64,000 bases of DNA from Paraspadella gotoi (taxonomy: Eukaryota; Animalia; Chaetognatha), in assembly GCA_051294375.1 (NCBI GenBank), contig CM119267.1, positions 8,532,843 through 8,596,842 on the forward strand, read 5' to 3'. The position numbers and the translations under genes are program-made. This document shows, piece after piece, positions 40,622-52,779 of this stretch. The notes beneath the pieces were generated by a model. That model ran no database searches. It had not been told where the DNA came from and worked only from the letters and a program-made list of their open reading frames with translations. Position 1 is the first letter of the stretch. Every line of letters begins with the position of its first letter.

Positions 40622-41052
40622 CAAGGCGATTGTCCCCCATCAGCAAGAACACTTCAAGTGACAGCCTCTTTCTTTATATCCCTCTTCATTCGCCCACACA
40701 ACACACACTAACTCTTTCCTTTTCTATCTCTACTTTTCTCACCCTCAACACTTAACTTTGGAAGGCCTTATCTCTTACTCTTTCCCTTCTATCTTTATTT
40801 CTCCTCTTCTTCTCATTCCCCCTACTCTCCTCTCTCCCCGAAAAAGATTAAAACCGACGGACTTGGAGACAAAGGGAAGATATCTCTCTTGCGTTTCCCC
40901 TCTTTCTCTCCCCCTCTCCCATGTATCTTTGTATCTCTCCCTTTAACTCTTCACCTCCTCTCGCTCTTTCTCCCCTCAAAACTAAACTGACGCACTAAAG
41001 GGGATTTATCTCTCGCTCTCTCACATCTATCTTTGTCTCTCTCTCCCACTCC

Positions 41053-41136
<84 letters not shown>

Positions 41137-41144
41137 TGACTTAC

Positions 41145-42719
41145 CGACTTGGTTGTCCCCATCCTTGAGGGTGCTCCATGCGGGCGTCTCCCACGGGGGC
41201 GCGTTCGAAGCGAGGACGCAGATGTTGGAGTAGATTCCGCGCGCCGCGGCGGCGCAGTGCGGGAAGGTCAGCGTCACCATCTGCGTGAGAGGAGATGGTC
41301 GAAGATAAAAGGGGATCTCGGGTCAGAGATGGAAAGATTTTATGGATCAATTAAGGGATTAATTTAATTTCTTATATTTAATAGGTTTGAATATAATTTT
41401 TTTTTTATTAAAAAAACGTACGACTAGTCGACTACAAATGACTCTAAATATTGATAAACAGAATCAGAAGCCGAAAAATCGATAAACTAGTTAACGACTA
41501 TGATCTTTTTAAAATCACTTTAATACTATAATTCCTTACCCAGACCATATTAAAAACTAACTAAAGAAACCGAGGCAAAAAAATAACCAATAAAACCAGA
41601 TCGAGTTCATTTCCGAGACCGTTCTCTTTTCGTACTAAAACCCTGTCGACCAAAAAGCATCAAAATTTCCTTCCCCACGCCCGGTCACCTTATTGAAGTT
41701 GACGCCCCTGGGCCGGCAGACGACTACGGGTGCTATTCTCGTGTCACCGGGTCTCAAAGAGGGCGTGTCAATCTGCGTCCATGACACGCCCACCGTCACG
41801 TCGATGAAGTGACCGTCGGGGACGGCGCCGGGCGGGATCTGAAGGTCGTCGGTAAGTTAATCGTTTAACTTTCCTTTTTGAAAAATAGACTAAATATACT
41901 AAACGAAATAACAAAATTTGTTAGCAACAAATTTTGTTATTTCTTCTAGTCTCAAACACAACGAAACGAAAGAATTATATACAATGAAAAATAGATTATG
42001 CTGTGAGTGTCTCCGAAGCTGGTAGGGTTTTGTTATAAGTATGTCATTATCTGGAAAAAAATTATCAAGGCGTTAACCAATCGTAGCAAGATAGCTCGTT
42101 CATTAAACGAATGTATCAATTTAATAATCGTAATACTTCAGGACAGTCCCATTCGATCAATTGGCCTCACACCCGAGCCCGATCAACTATCCAGTATCTA
42201 CCAGGCCAAACCACCCCTCCGACTCACCATAAGCGTGACCCCTGTGTCGGCTGCCCTGAGGATTCCACCGAAGTGATCGACCCGGAAGGAATAAAGGTAA
42301 CGGAGATGCGGTGAGTGGCCGGCGAGTAGTTTACGGAATTCCTGCGTTTGCTCGTGGGTGGACGGCGAGAGGCAGCTCACTGGGGGAGATTACGTGAGGT
42401 GGGGGGGAGGGAATTGATTTAATTAAGTTTTAATCAATTATATAATTCCACGAGATTGTAGTGAAAAGTATTTTAGTCTTAGTTTAAATACTGTAACATT
42501 TACAAAAAAAAAGAGCAAAGTTTGGGTACTTTTAGGAAACTGTTTGTACGCGATCTGCGGCTAATCACCTGCTCCCTGAATGTTAGCCGGTTGAAGGTTT
42601 TGAAAGGTTGAAGACACTGAAAGAAAATAGAAAACAGTGAAAGAGCAGTTCAGGGCCGGGGGGCAGTGAAGTAGGCCCGACGGAGAGAGGAAAGACGAGG
42701 AGAAAGAAGAGACGAGAGA

Positions 42720-42765
<46 letters not shown>

Positions 42766-45147
42766 AGGAGAGAGAGAGAGAGAAAAGAAAAGAAAAAGGA
42801 TAAAAAAAAAAAAAGTCTAAATCCTTCGACCTCAAAATCGATTAGGCAGATTCGACGCTCGCAAATCGTGCTGAGCCAAAGTCGGGATGACGCTAATAAA
42901 GGATCTTCTCGTGTCTCTGACCTCGCGCTATCTCCGTTCCCCCGCGCCTCATCCATCATTCTTGTTCACCCCCTCTGTACTCGCGTCACTTGGCAACACC
43001 CTTACTCTCTGCTCTTTGGTCCCGACAGTTTGACATCGAATTTGGAACGAATAATTTCACCGTGAAAGTTTTAAAGAGAATCCACAAAGAGAATTTATGT
43101 AATTCGGAACTGGGTGTATCAAATTTTAATTAAAAAAAAACTTCGATATAAACTTTGAAATTTTTTTTCTCGCAACGAAAGCTTATCGGTGTTATAGTTT
43201 TTGTTAAAACTGGTTTATCATTCTTGGTTATTGTATAAATTTGTCATTTAAGACGAAATTGTGAGTTACATACTTGTCTAAAAAAATTTTTGAGCTGGAG
43301 TGATTCATTTGATTTTTATATTGTACTAAATATTCTTTTAAAAAAAGGTGAAAATTGAATTAGAAATCTTTTGTATGTACTCTCACTCTGTCAGTCATAC
43401 TTACTACTTATTAAACAAAAGAAATAAAATTTTCTTTGAATCAATCATATCCTCTCCTTTCCTAACCGATTCCATCAAACTCCCGCCACTTTTACCTTGA
43501 GATGAAGGCTCTGCGTTGGCAGTTTGAGTTATTTGTGAGGAGGCGAAAGACACGTGTTGCGGCCGTCCCTGATTGGCCGGCGTTTGGGACGTCGACCTCT
43601 CGGCGCCGATGGTGGCCGGACGCGCCGGGGGGTGTTCCGAATTCTTGAGGGACCACGCCGAGGGTGATCCAACGACGCCGATCCCATCCGGCGTCGCCGA
43701 AGCGCTCGAGCTCGACGCCCCTCTGGCGCGATCCGCTCCGGCTCGACCCGCGCGTGCGGCCGACCGCGCCGCGATTTGGGGCGGAAGACTCGGGCGTTGC
43801 GGTTGGCGAACGACGGGTTTGCCGGCGGCGTCGCCGTTGCTGACGTTCTTGAGTTGCTGCGGTTGGGGTTGCTGCACCCCGACGTCGGACGGGGAGTGAC
43901 CTAATTGCTGTCTTTGCTGCTGTTGTTGCGGCTGCGGAGTTAGATATCCCGGGTGCTGTGCGGAGGGAATGTTCGCATGTTGTCGGGTGTAACGGTTGAA
44001 GGATCGAGACTGCGGCAAGCGGCCGTTGGGGACCGAGCCGTTGGGAGCCGGAGGGCGACGGCTGCTGCAAGAGGGAGCGGGGATGTGAAGTTAAGCATTG
44101 TTTGTCTGTCTTTTGTTCCGATGCCTGCTTCAATAGGAAAATGATTCTTCAATATATGTATGTTAAATATTAAATTGTTGAATTGAATTGAATATAATTT
44201 AATTTGGAATTGAAATGTTAAATAATTTAAAATAAATTTTTAAAATATTCTTTCTTTCACTAAATTGCAATATTAAATAATATGAGATGAATCTGAACTA
44301 CTCACGACGGCCTGGCTTGTTTGGGCACCGATTGCGCCCGCGGGGTCGGCGGCGCCGGTCTCGTGGGCGCCGGGGCCGTGTGCGGTGCCGAGCCGGGGTT
44401 GCGAGGCTGCGCTGATCGGGCACCGTCCGACTTGGATCGCTGCACCCGCGCCTGCGCTTGCACCTGTGCCGTTTCGGGTGCCAGCGAGGGCGCATCGTCG
44501 CAAGGGGTCGACGTTTGCAGGGGAGGGACGATGGGGTGGCACTGAGGGGGTAAAGAGAGCAGAGATTTTAGTTGTTTTTTTCCAGACCTTCTTCTTTCTT
44601 CGTTCGTTCCTTTGTTCATTCTTCCGTCCGTTCTTTCGTTCGCTTGTCTTTGCTTTTTATTTGTTCGTTTCTTCTTTTATTCGTTCGTTCCTTTGTGTTC
44701 TCTTTTGTTCTTTCGTAAGTTTCGTTGGCAATTTTCGTTTCTTCGTTCGTTACTTTGTTCGTTACTTTGTTCCTTACTTCGTTCGTTACTTCGTTTGTTA
44801 CTTCGTTCGTTTCTTCTTTCGTTACTTAGTTCGTTTCTTCGTTCATTACTTGGTTCGATACTTCGTTCATTACTTAATTTGTTACTTCGTTCGTTAATTC
44901 GTTCGTTACTTCGTTCCATACTTCGTTCGGTACATAGTTCGTTTTATCGTTCGTTACTTTGTTCGTTACTCCGTTCGTTACTTCGTTCGATACTTCGTTC
45001 CTTCGTTTTTACCTGGGGACAAACGGGCCCCTCCAAAAATCCCATGCCTGGCCGGGGATTCGCCGCGACTTCCCCGACCCGCCGGTGATGGTTCCACATC
45101 GGCCGTCGGTTCGTCGAGGCTTCTTCCTTGATCTTCAACGGGGATGA

Positions 45148-45182
<35 letters not shown>

Positions 45183-45425
45183 CGTCTTCGCCTCCGCCCG
45201 CGCCGGCGGCGGCGGTGGTGGTGCCGTTGGTGGAGGAGGAAGTGGCGACGGCGACCGCTTCCGACCGCGAGGGGTCGGGAGCCTCGTCCCGGAAGTGGGT
45301 TTGGTTGAAGACCTTCTCGAGGATGGCGTCAGAGGCGACGTCGTCGAGGGAAGACTTGAAGTCTTCGTCGTCTTCCGTCCGGGAGCGAGAGAGGAGCGCC
45401 GTCGACGCGGGAATCGACGAGGCTG

Positions 45426-45467
<42 letters not shown>

Positions 45468-46192
45468 CGATGTATTCTATTTACTGTTATTTGATAGCAT
45501 GATTAATTGACGGCTTTTTTTTTTTTCATTTCGTATTAGCAATTTCATTCAAGTTTTTTTTTTAAATAAATGAATAATTGTCAGGTTGTTTGATTGTTTG
45601 ATTAAACGTAGATTAATTACTGACTTATTGATTCATTCGATCGATCGATAGATTGATCTATTTCTTGTGACGCTTAAAATCACCCTGGCCCCAAAATTTT
45701 CGTCTCACGTAAACTCACCGGCTGTGATGAGCGAGGAGGTGGATTGCCAGGTGACGGTCGTGAGTGCGGGGGATGCGGTGCCGGGCAGCAGAGCATCTTC
45801 GACGGTGGAGCAACCCGAATTCTGGATCCGCGAGGGGATTCGGCCGCGGATCCAGAGGGTCGCCGGTTCTGGAGGGGAAGGTCCCCGGTTGTACGCCTGG
45901 GATAAAAGGGGAAGGGGCGTTTAGTTGCGGCGAAATGATACGAGAGAGATGATTGGTGATTATAGAGGCGGAATGATTGGTGATACGAGAGAGATGATTG
46001 GTGATATATGAGGCGGAATGATTGGAGATACGATGAAAGATGGTTGGTGATATATGAGGCGGAATGATTGGTGATCGAGAGAGATGATTGGTGATATGAG
46101 GCGGAATGATTGGATGAAGTAAAAGTCAAAAGGTCGAAAATTCTTCTTTCGTCTCCGTCAGCTTTTTTTCTTTTCTCTCTCCTCTTCTCTCT

Positions 46193-46288
<96 letters not shown>

Positions 46289-46352
46289 TTCCCCTTTGCC
46301 CATCGTCGTTCTCTTTCTCGTGACGGGAAAATTGTCTTTTTCGCTGATGAAA

Positions 46353-46393
<41 letters not shown>

Positions 46394-47819
46394 CTCTCTG
46401 TCTCTCTCTTTCTCTCCACTTTTTTTCTTTCAATTACAACTACGGGCCTCTTCGAGCTCCAGGTAAGACGCGACCCCAACTCGTCCGCCTGGCTGTTAAA
46501 GCCGCCTCACCTACCGAGCGAGAAATCGTTGGTTCGGCAAAATCTGACGCCGAGATTTGATTATTCGATTCCTCAGTGGTTCGATAAGATCGTGAAGCAA
46601 TCCAAAAAAAAAGAGCCGATTTCCCAAAAATACCAATTTAACCCTTCAGCTTTCACATTTGATTCCGTCTTGGTTTTTCGGCTCGGACATTCCCCCCCCT
46701 CCACATCCGGGTTCTCTTTTTTTTTTCTCCCACCTGATTTTTTCTGTTGTTCGCCGCTTCGCGAGTTTGGAAGTTGCTGAAGGTTCTGTGGGATTCGATG
46801 GGAGAACCCGGCGGAGAATCGCGAAGCAGCGGGTCGACGTCGTCGTCGTTGTTGTTGTTGTTGATGACGTTGCAATCGCGGTTCTTGTCGTTTTTCACGT
46901 AGAGAGGAAGAAATTCTGCGAGTTCCGAACTCCAATTGTCGATCCCGATGAAAGTCAGGTCCTCCGGGTTGTTGAACTGGCGATGATGAATCATATGAAG
47001 TAAATAAATGTCAAAATATTAAAATATGGACTTTTGTTCGACTGCCTTGTTCGTTGAATAGGCCAAGGAAACATCAGAAATAAGCATTTACCCCAGTTAG
47101 TCGGAAATATACTATTAATAAGCTATTATTACGCTTGGGTTCAGTAGAAGTTTCCTCTGGTTTCCTTGAGGAGAACACAAACATCTCTCAACTTTTTTTA
47201 TCAATTCTTTATGAATTGTTTTATGAATTTTAAAAATAAGTTCTAGAGAAAGCAAGGTATTTTTAAAATTGAAGCCAACAAGCCGAAACATATCCGTCTC
47301 TTAATTAAAATAAAAATCGTTGTAATAATTTCAAAAATACTTTCCTTTCTCTAAAATTAAAAACAACGAAAAGAAAGGATTATCGCATCATGTCTACAAA
47401 AATAAGTTCGTATTTTTCATAATACTTAGTCACAATTCCTTCAATCATAAATTTCTCTCTCTCTCTCTCCCGAGTCTCCAAATCTCTCACCCAAATGACA
47501 TTTCTCGTGATGGGCAAGTCGTAACCGACGGGGGAGGGATCCTCCCTTTCCTTCCCTCTTCTCCCGTCGAAGGCGCGACAGTCGTTGCAGTAAACAAAAG
47601 CGCAACGCGGCGTCTTCGTCTCTGGCGGCGCGGCGCCACCGTCGCGACGCCCGGCGCAGCCCAGCGAGAACCCGTTGGCGGCGCGGTGGCGAGCGGCGTT
47701 GTGGGCGCGGCCGTTGGTGGTAGGTTGTTGTTGTTGTTGTTGTTGTTGGCAGAAGGACGCGGATTGTTGTTCTCCATCATCCTCGGACGAAGATTCGTCG
47801 GAGGAGGAAACCGCTGTGC
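41145..47819 (-). CDS. ZU5-domain protein, partial (~817 aa from 10 exons; first and last exons not identified)
   Basis: Minus-strand exons 47819-47491, 46976-46734, 45896-45719, 45422-45013, 44541-44306, 44064-43496, 42616-42569, 42379-42228, 41838-41689, 41280-41145. All introns are GT-AG, phases match and there is no stop. The last three exons read FRVDHFGGILRAADTGVTLM|IPPGAVPDGHFIDVTVGVS...IAPVVVCRPRGVNFNK|MVTLTFPHCA, the ZU5 signature. Confidence 0.85.
44590..45008. repeat. Intronic ~12-bp minisatellite (ttcgttcgttac)n
   Basis: Directly visible, filling the intron between ZU5-gene exons at 45013 and 44541. Confidence 0.85.
45935..46113. repeat. Intronic ~21-22-bp two-variant tandem repeat (gagagagatgattggtgat / gaggcggaatgattggtgat)
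   Basis: About 8 alternating units, nearly all containing GATTGG. Confidence 0.8.
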
Positions 47820-48366
47820 CTGAGAAGGATAATGATAATGATAAATAAATAATTATTAATATTAATATTTTCAAATTTTATTTGTATTTAAATATTAAAA
47901 TATAATCTTCCAAGGAACTTAGGCTTATAGTACTTTTATTCGTATCAGGTTTTATATGCCGTAACAAACAAAACATCAATTCATAAAAAAATATACTATA
48001 TTTTTTTTCTTTTTTTTTTTTGCGATTCCCAATTTCCCCACGCCCTTTCCCTTCTCGATCCGCGAATTGCCAACACGCGACGCCGACGCAGATTATTTGC
48101 CGAAGCAGAGTCGGCAACTTCTCATTTTCTTTCCGTTCAAACGGTGAGAATCTCTTTCACTTGGGAGGAAAAACGAAAGGAGAAGGAAAAAATATCTTTA
48201 TTCTTATTCCCCTTCGCTTCTCTGGGACAAAAGAGGGGCCCCTCTCTTCTCTGCCCGCCAGAAGGCCTGACAATTATGGCGGGTTCGGGTAAAAGAGTAA
48301 CGGTTATTGCCTCGTTCTCTCCTCCTGCTCTATCTCCTCTCCTCTTTCTCTCTCTCTCTCTCTCTG

Positions 48367-48405
<39 letters not shown>

Positions 48406-48926
48406 TCTCTCTACTCTCTCTCTCTCTCTCTCTTCCGCTTACTCCGACACTCCCTCTTTGGCATGATTCCTCTCCTTTTCCTTTCAACTTTGAGCTCCTG
48501 CGTTCTTCTAGAGAAAGGATCGCGGGCTGATCAGTAAGTAGGCGGAGAGAGATGAGAGAGAGAGAGAGAGAGAGAGATGTGACTCAGAGATATAAGTATC
48601 AGGTGAAAGACCCCCTGGCAGAAAAAAAGTGGGTCAAGATAACGTAAGGCGAACGAAAGGATTCGAAAGTCTGGGTCAAAATGAAAGGAAGGCGTGCCTA
48701 TGTGGGCGTGTCCGCAAAAAAAACTAAGATATTTAGTTTATATCAACTTTCCGACATGGAAACAACAACAATAGCGAAAAAAATTGAATTGCAATAAACA
48801 CTGACGCCTTGGTTTTTTTCTTTCCGTTTCTAGAGCATCAGCGATTTTTTGCATTCAGCAAATTTCGGACCGAAAATATCTTTTTCGCGAATGTTTTCGC
48901 GCGCTTTTATTTTATATTTTTGATAT

Positions 48927-49162
48927 TGTGGCAAATCCTAAATTCGCCTGCCGTATAGCTTGGTGAAACTCAGCTTGGATAGCTAAGTACTCGTTCACCA
49001 ACCGTGAGTTCCGGGTTCAATCCCCTCACAGTCACGCAAGTTAAAGTGTGATGGTGTTGGCATTAAAACATACCAGTAATATGGGGTGGTCACTGCAGGT
49101 ACAAATCACTGAGCGCCAGCTCTCGGGAGATGCCTGGGGTGTAAGGCATCTCCGTTGCCATA
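48927..49162 (+). mobile_element. Solo-LTR-like element, copy B (236 bp), diverged, with degenerate twister core
   Basis: TGTGGCAA...CGTTGCCATA with TSD ATAT (48923-26 and 49163-66). Shares tcgtt..caaccgtg, gttcaatccc, tgtga, aaacat.ccagt, ggtcactg and cgccag with copy A in the same order. Confidence 0.75.
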
Positions 49163-50181
49163 ATATCATTTTTTTCCTCAACTCGAGTCTCAATGCCGCG
49201 ATAGCTTGATATCCCACCGTCCGAAGAAAACACATCTCGGTGAACTTTTGCCCCATTTCAACCCAATTTTCTCTCTCTTTCTTTTTTTTTCTTTTTGTAT
49301 TTTCTTATCTTCTATTTGCTTTTCTTGTCTTCTCTCCCGCACCGATGACCATATCACCTTTCAACTTTTGCCCGGTGACGGTTTGATCTCGCGACCCCAA
49401 TCACGTGTCCAACTATTGGCCCCCATGGTTTCTGGCACAAAGGAGGTAAGAGGGTCAAAAGGAAGGCGTCTTCTGACACAAAAGAAATTCAGATGGAAAC
49501 GATGTAAAGCTAATCTTGAAGTTATCTAACAAATAAAAAAAAAAGCCAAAAACGTAAAGAAAAATCGAATGGATTAACTACATGAATCTGAGTAGAAAGA
49601 GTTCAGTAACTCAAGCCACGCCCACTTAGGAAGTCGACTTAAAAAATCTTCTTAGCGAAAATTATATAAGTTTTTCTCCTAGCGTAGGATTCGATGTGAA
49701 AGACAAGTTGTAACGAATGTGAGATTGAGAAAGAAAAGAAAAAATAGCCTAAAATATGTAAATTTTTGACGAAACTAGCACTGTATAATATAATATAAAG
49801 CTTACAGGCGTTTGATATGTTATGAATAAATTATATGATATTAAGTAATAGGTAGACATAAACCCACCATAGCCAAACAGGATGCAAGGTAGCTGATTTA
49901 TTAAATGAACTGATAATTTTTATATTGGTTGTCCCAATTTTATCACGAATTCTAATTTTAATGAGACAAAAGACTTGCTGATTAAACCTTAAATGTCACT
50001 GGATGCTCGATAACCGAGCTGATAACCTTGGAGTGAGAGAACAATTCGGTCAAATGTTCGTATCATATTTTTCACTTTCGTTTCCAACTCTCCGAAATTA
50101 AACCTAATCGCGAATAATCAACAAGGAAAAAAAAAAACAATAAAATAAAACAAAGTAAAAAAAAAAAAGAAGAAAACAAAT

Positions 50182-51204
50182 ATGCCCGAAAATTCTCGCC
50201 ACGAAATCCACGTTCCGCCCGAACTTCCTCCGCTGTTGGAGGAATTCACGGTCTCCGTCCTGCGGAATCAACCGAGCGATCTTCTCGCCTACGCCGCCGA
50301 ATATTTCGTGCGCGTTCGCGACGAACGCCTGAACGACCACTCGACGCGCGGCGTCGGGTTTCACGATGAGATCGTCGCCGGCGACTCGCAAGAGAAGTGG
50401 CACGAAGAGGTGGAGAACTATGGAAACAGGCGGAAGTCGGTGGCGGCGGAAAAATACGACCCGACGCAGGTGAGGGGTTATGGGGGGGGGGAAGTTGGGA
50501 AGGTTCGATTCTCGGAATAGAGAGAGGGCTTTTTTCGAATAAGTGATGCAGAAAGGACAAATGCGATCCACAATGGATAAGGTTGGTTAAAAAGGTTCTC
50601 GAGATCTTCTGGAGAAGAGTTTTTTTTTTTTTGTGAAAAAGGCCAGAAGTCTCCGATTCTCAAATAGTAAGACGTTGCGAGAAAATCAAATGGCTCACGT
50701 TGAAACGTCCCTCTTCAGGACGACCAGGACACGATCGATTCGATGTGCGAGGACAAGACCGATGAGCAGTCGACGATGTTGCTAGGGAGGCTCAACGAAG
50801 GATTCCTCTTCGACTCCATCGATTTGCGGATGCGGAAGAAGGTCGTCCGCGCCTTGAAGGTGGCAAAGATCGAAAGTTGTCGAATGTTTCCGGGAGAAAA
50901 CTTCATGACTTCGAGTGGATTGAGTTTGACAACTCGGTGTTCAGTTCTAATAGTTGCCGTTTAACTCCCTGATGTCCCTTCTGCTCCTCCCCCCACTCCC
51001 GCGGTCCAAAGGAACGCCGCGTCCGCTCCGGCGAATACATCATTCGCCAGGGCGAATCTGGAGACTTTTATTACATCATCGAGCAAGGAGAGTTCGCCAT
51101 CTTCGTAAAGGAGAACGCGAACGAGGGCGGAGACGGGAAGCAGATAGAAGTCTTGAAGGATCACGGGTCCTTTGGGGAATTGGCGCTCATGTTCGTGAAT
51201 GAGA

Positions 51205-51256
<52 letters not shown>

Positions 51257-52303
51257 TCCCCCCCCCTTCTTCAGGTACGACCAGCCACGATCGGCGACCA
51301 TCCGCGCCTTGACCGAGGGAACGCTCTGGGCTTTGGATCGCGCCACATTTAGACGAATCATAGTCTTCGGGTGAAGAAAGAACTTCTCGAACTTGACCAA
51401 TCGGAAAAAAGGATTTTTTTAATCTACTCTTGATTTTTCCCTCCCGCCGCCGCCGCCGACGCCGCAGCGCCTATCAGCGGCGAGTCATGGTAAACAAGAC
51501 TCTGATGCAGATTCCGATGCTGGCGCCTCTGACGGAAGACGATCGCAACAACCTCGTCGACGCCCTCGTCATGCGCTCTTTCGAAGATGGCGATCAAATC
51601 ATTCATCAGGTGTTTGAGAAATGAGAGAGAGAGAGANNNNNNNNNNNNNNNNNNNNNNNNNNNNNNNNNNNNNNNNNNNNNNNNNNNNNNNNNNNNNNNN
51701 NNNNNNNNNNNNNNNNNNNNNNNNNNNNNNNNNNNNNNNNNNNNNNNNNNNNNNNNNNNNNNNNNNNNNNNNNNNNNNAGAGAGAGAGAGAGACCATCTC
51801 AACTCCATCCACCCTCAAGGGCGACGTCAACGCGGATTCGATGTTCATCATCGAAGAAGGCGAAGTCTCCATCGTCGTCCAACAATTGGGAGGTCATCCA
51901 CGAGAGATCACACGCCTCCACGCCAAGGATTACTTTGGAGAGAGGGCGCTGGTGACGCTGGAGCCGCGGCAGGTCAATCGATAGATCGGAAGTGTCGGGC
52001 GACGGGGATGAATTCAACGCCGTTCCCCCCGCAGGCGTCGGCATTCGCCGTCGGGGAAGTGACGGTGATGGAACTGAGGGTCGACGCCTTCGAGAGATTC
52101 CTCGGCCCTTGCATCGAAGTCATGAAGAGAAACATGGCCTTCTACGAAGAGCAGGTCCGATAGGAGCGATCCAGTCGAGCGCCTCGAGTTCTCGTGAGGC
52201 TACAACCGGAAGACGCCCGTCCCCATTTTCTCCGTTGCAGGTCTCCGCCATCTTTGGAGGATCCGACGAAGATTCTATGAGCTCCGCCAGGAGATCCAGC
52301 TGA
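50182..52303 (+). CDS. PRKAR2: cAMP-dependent protein kinase type II regulatory subunit (393 aa, 8 exons)
   Basis: Exons 50182-50469, 50719-50859, 51012-51190, 51275-51370, 51468-51609, 51820-51972, 52035-52154, 52241-52303. RIIa docking domain (IHVPPELPPLLEEFTVSVLRNQPSDLLAYAAEYF), RII inhibitor site RRKSV, CNB-A GSFGELALMYDQPRSAT, CNB-B YFGERALVTLEPRQAS, and FERFLGPCIEVMKRNMAFYEEQ. Confidence 0.95.
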
Positions 52304-52569
52304 ACCAATTCTATTTTTTCTCTTTTTCTCGCGTGAAATGTTTAATTTTTTTTTTGGCTTTTTTTTTTATTTCGCTCACTGACGATGGATCAAATAACGT
52401 TGTCGATAATGCCGAATATGATATATGAGCTATGTACGGGCTATTGCAGATTTAGTAACTATATCTTATCTTAGGAAAGACGAGAGAGAGAGAGAGAGGG
52501 AGAGGAGAGAGAGAGAGAGAGGAGAGAGAAGATGGAGAGAAGAGAGAGAGGAAGAGAGAAAATAAGAGA

Positions 52570-52605
<36 letters not shown>

Positions 52606-52702
52606 TTGGAGAAAATTGCTCTTTCTTCTTCCGTGAAAATGAATCGCGAAGAAAAGAAGGATTTTTTTGGCTGAAATCCATGCGACGGGCGGAAAATCGA
52701 AG

Positions 52703-52779
<77 letters not shown>

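Noticed and set aside
46511-46582. Extra ZU5-gene exon ending TAG|GTGAGG
   Set aside because: No proper YAG acceptor gives an open in-phase exon, and the flanking exons join in phase without it.
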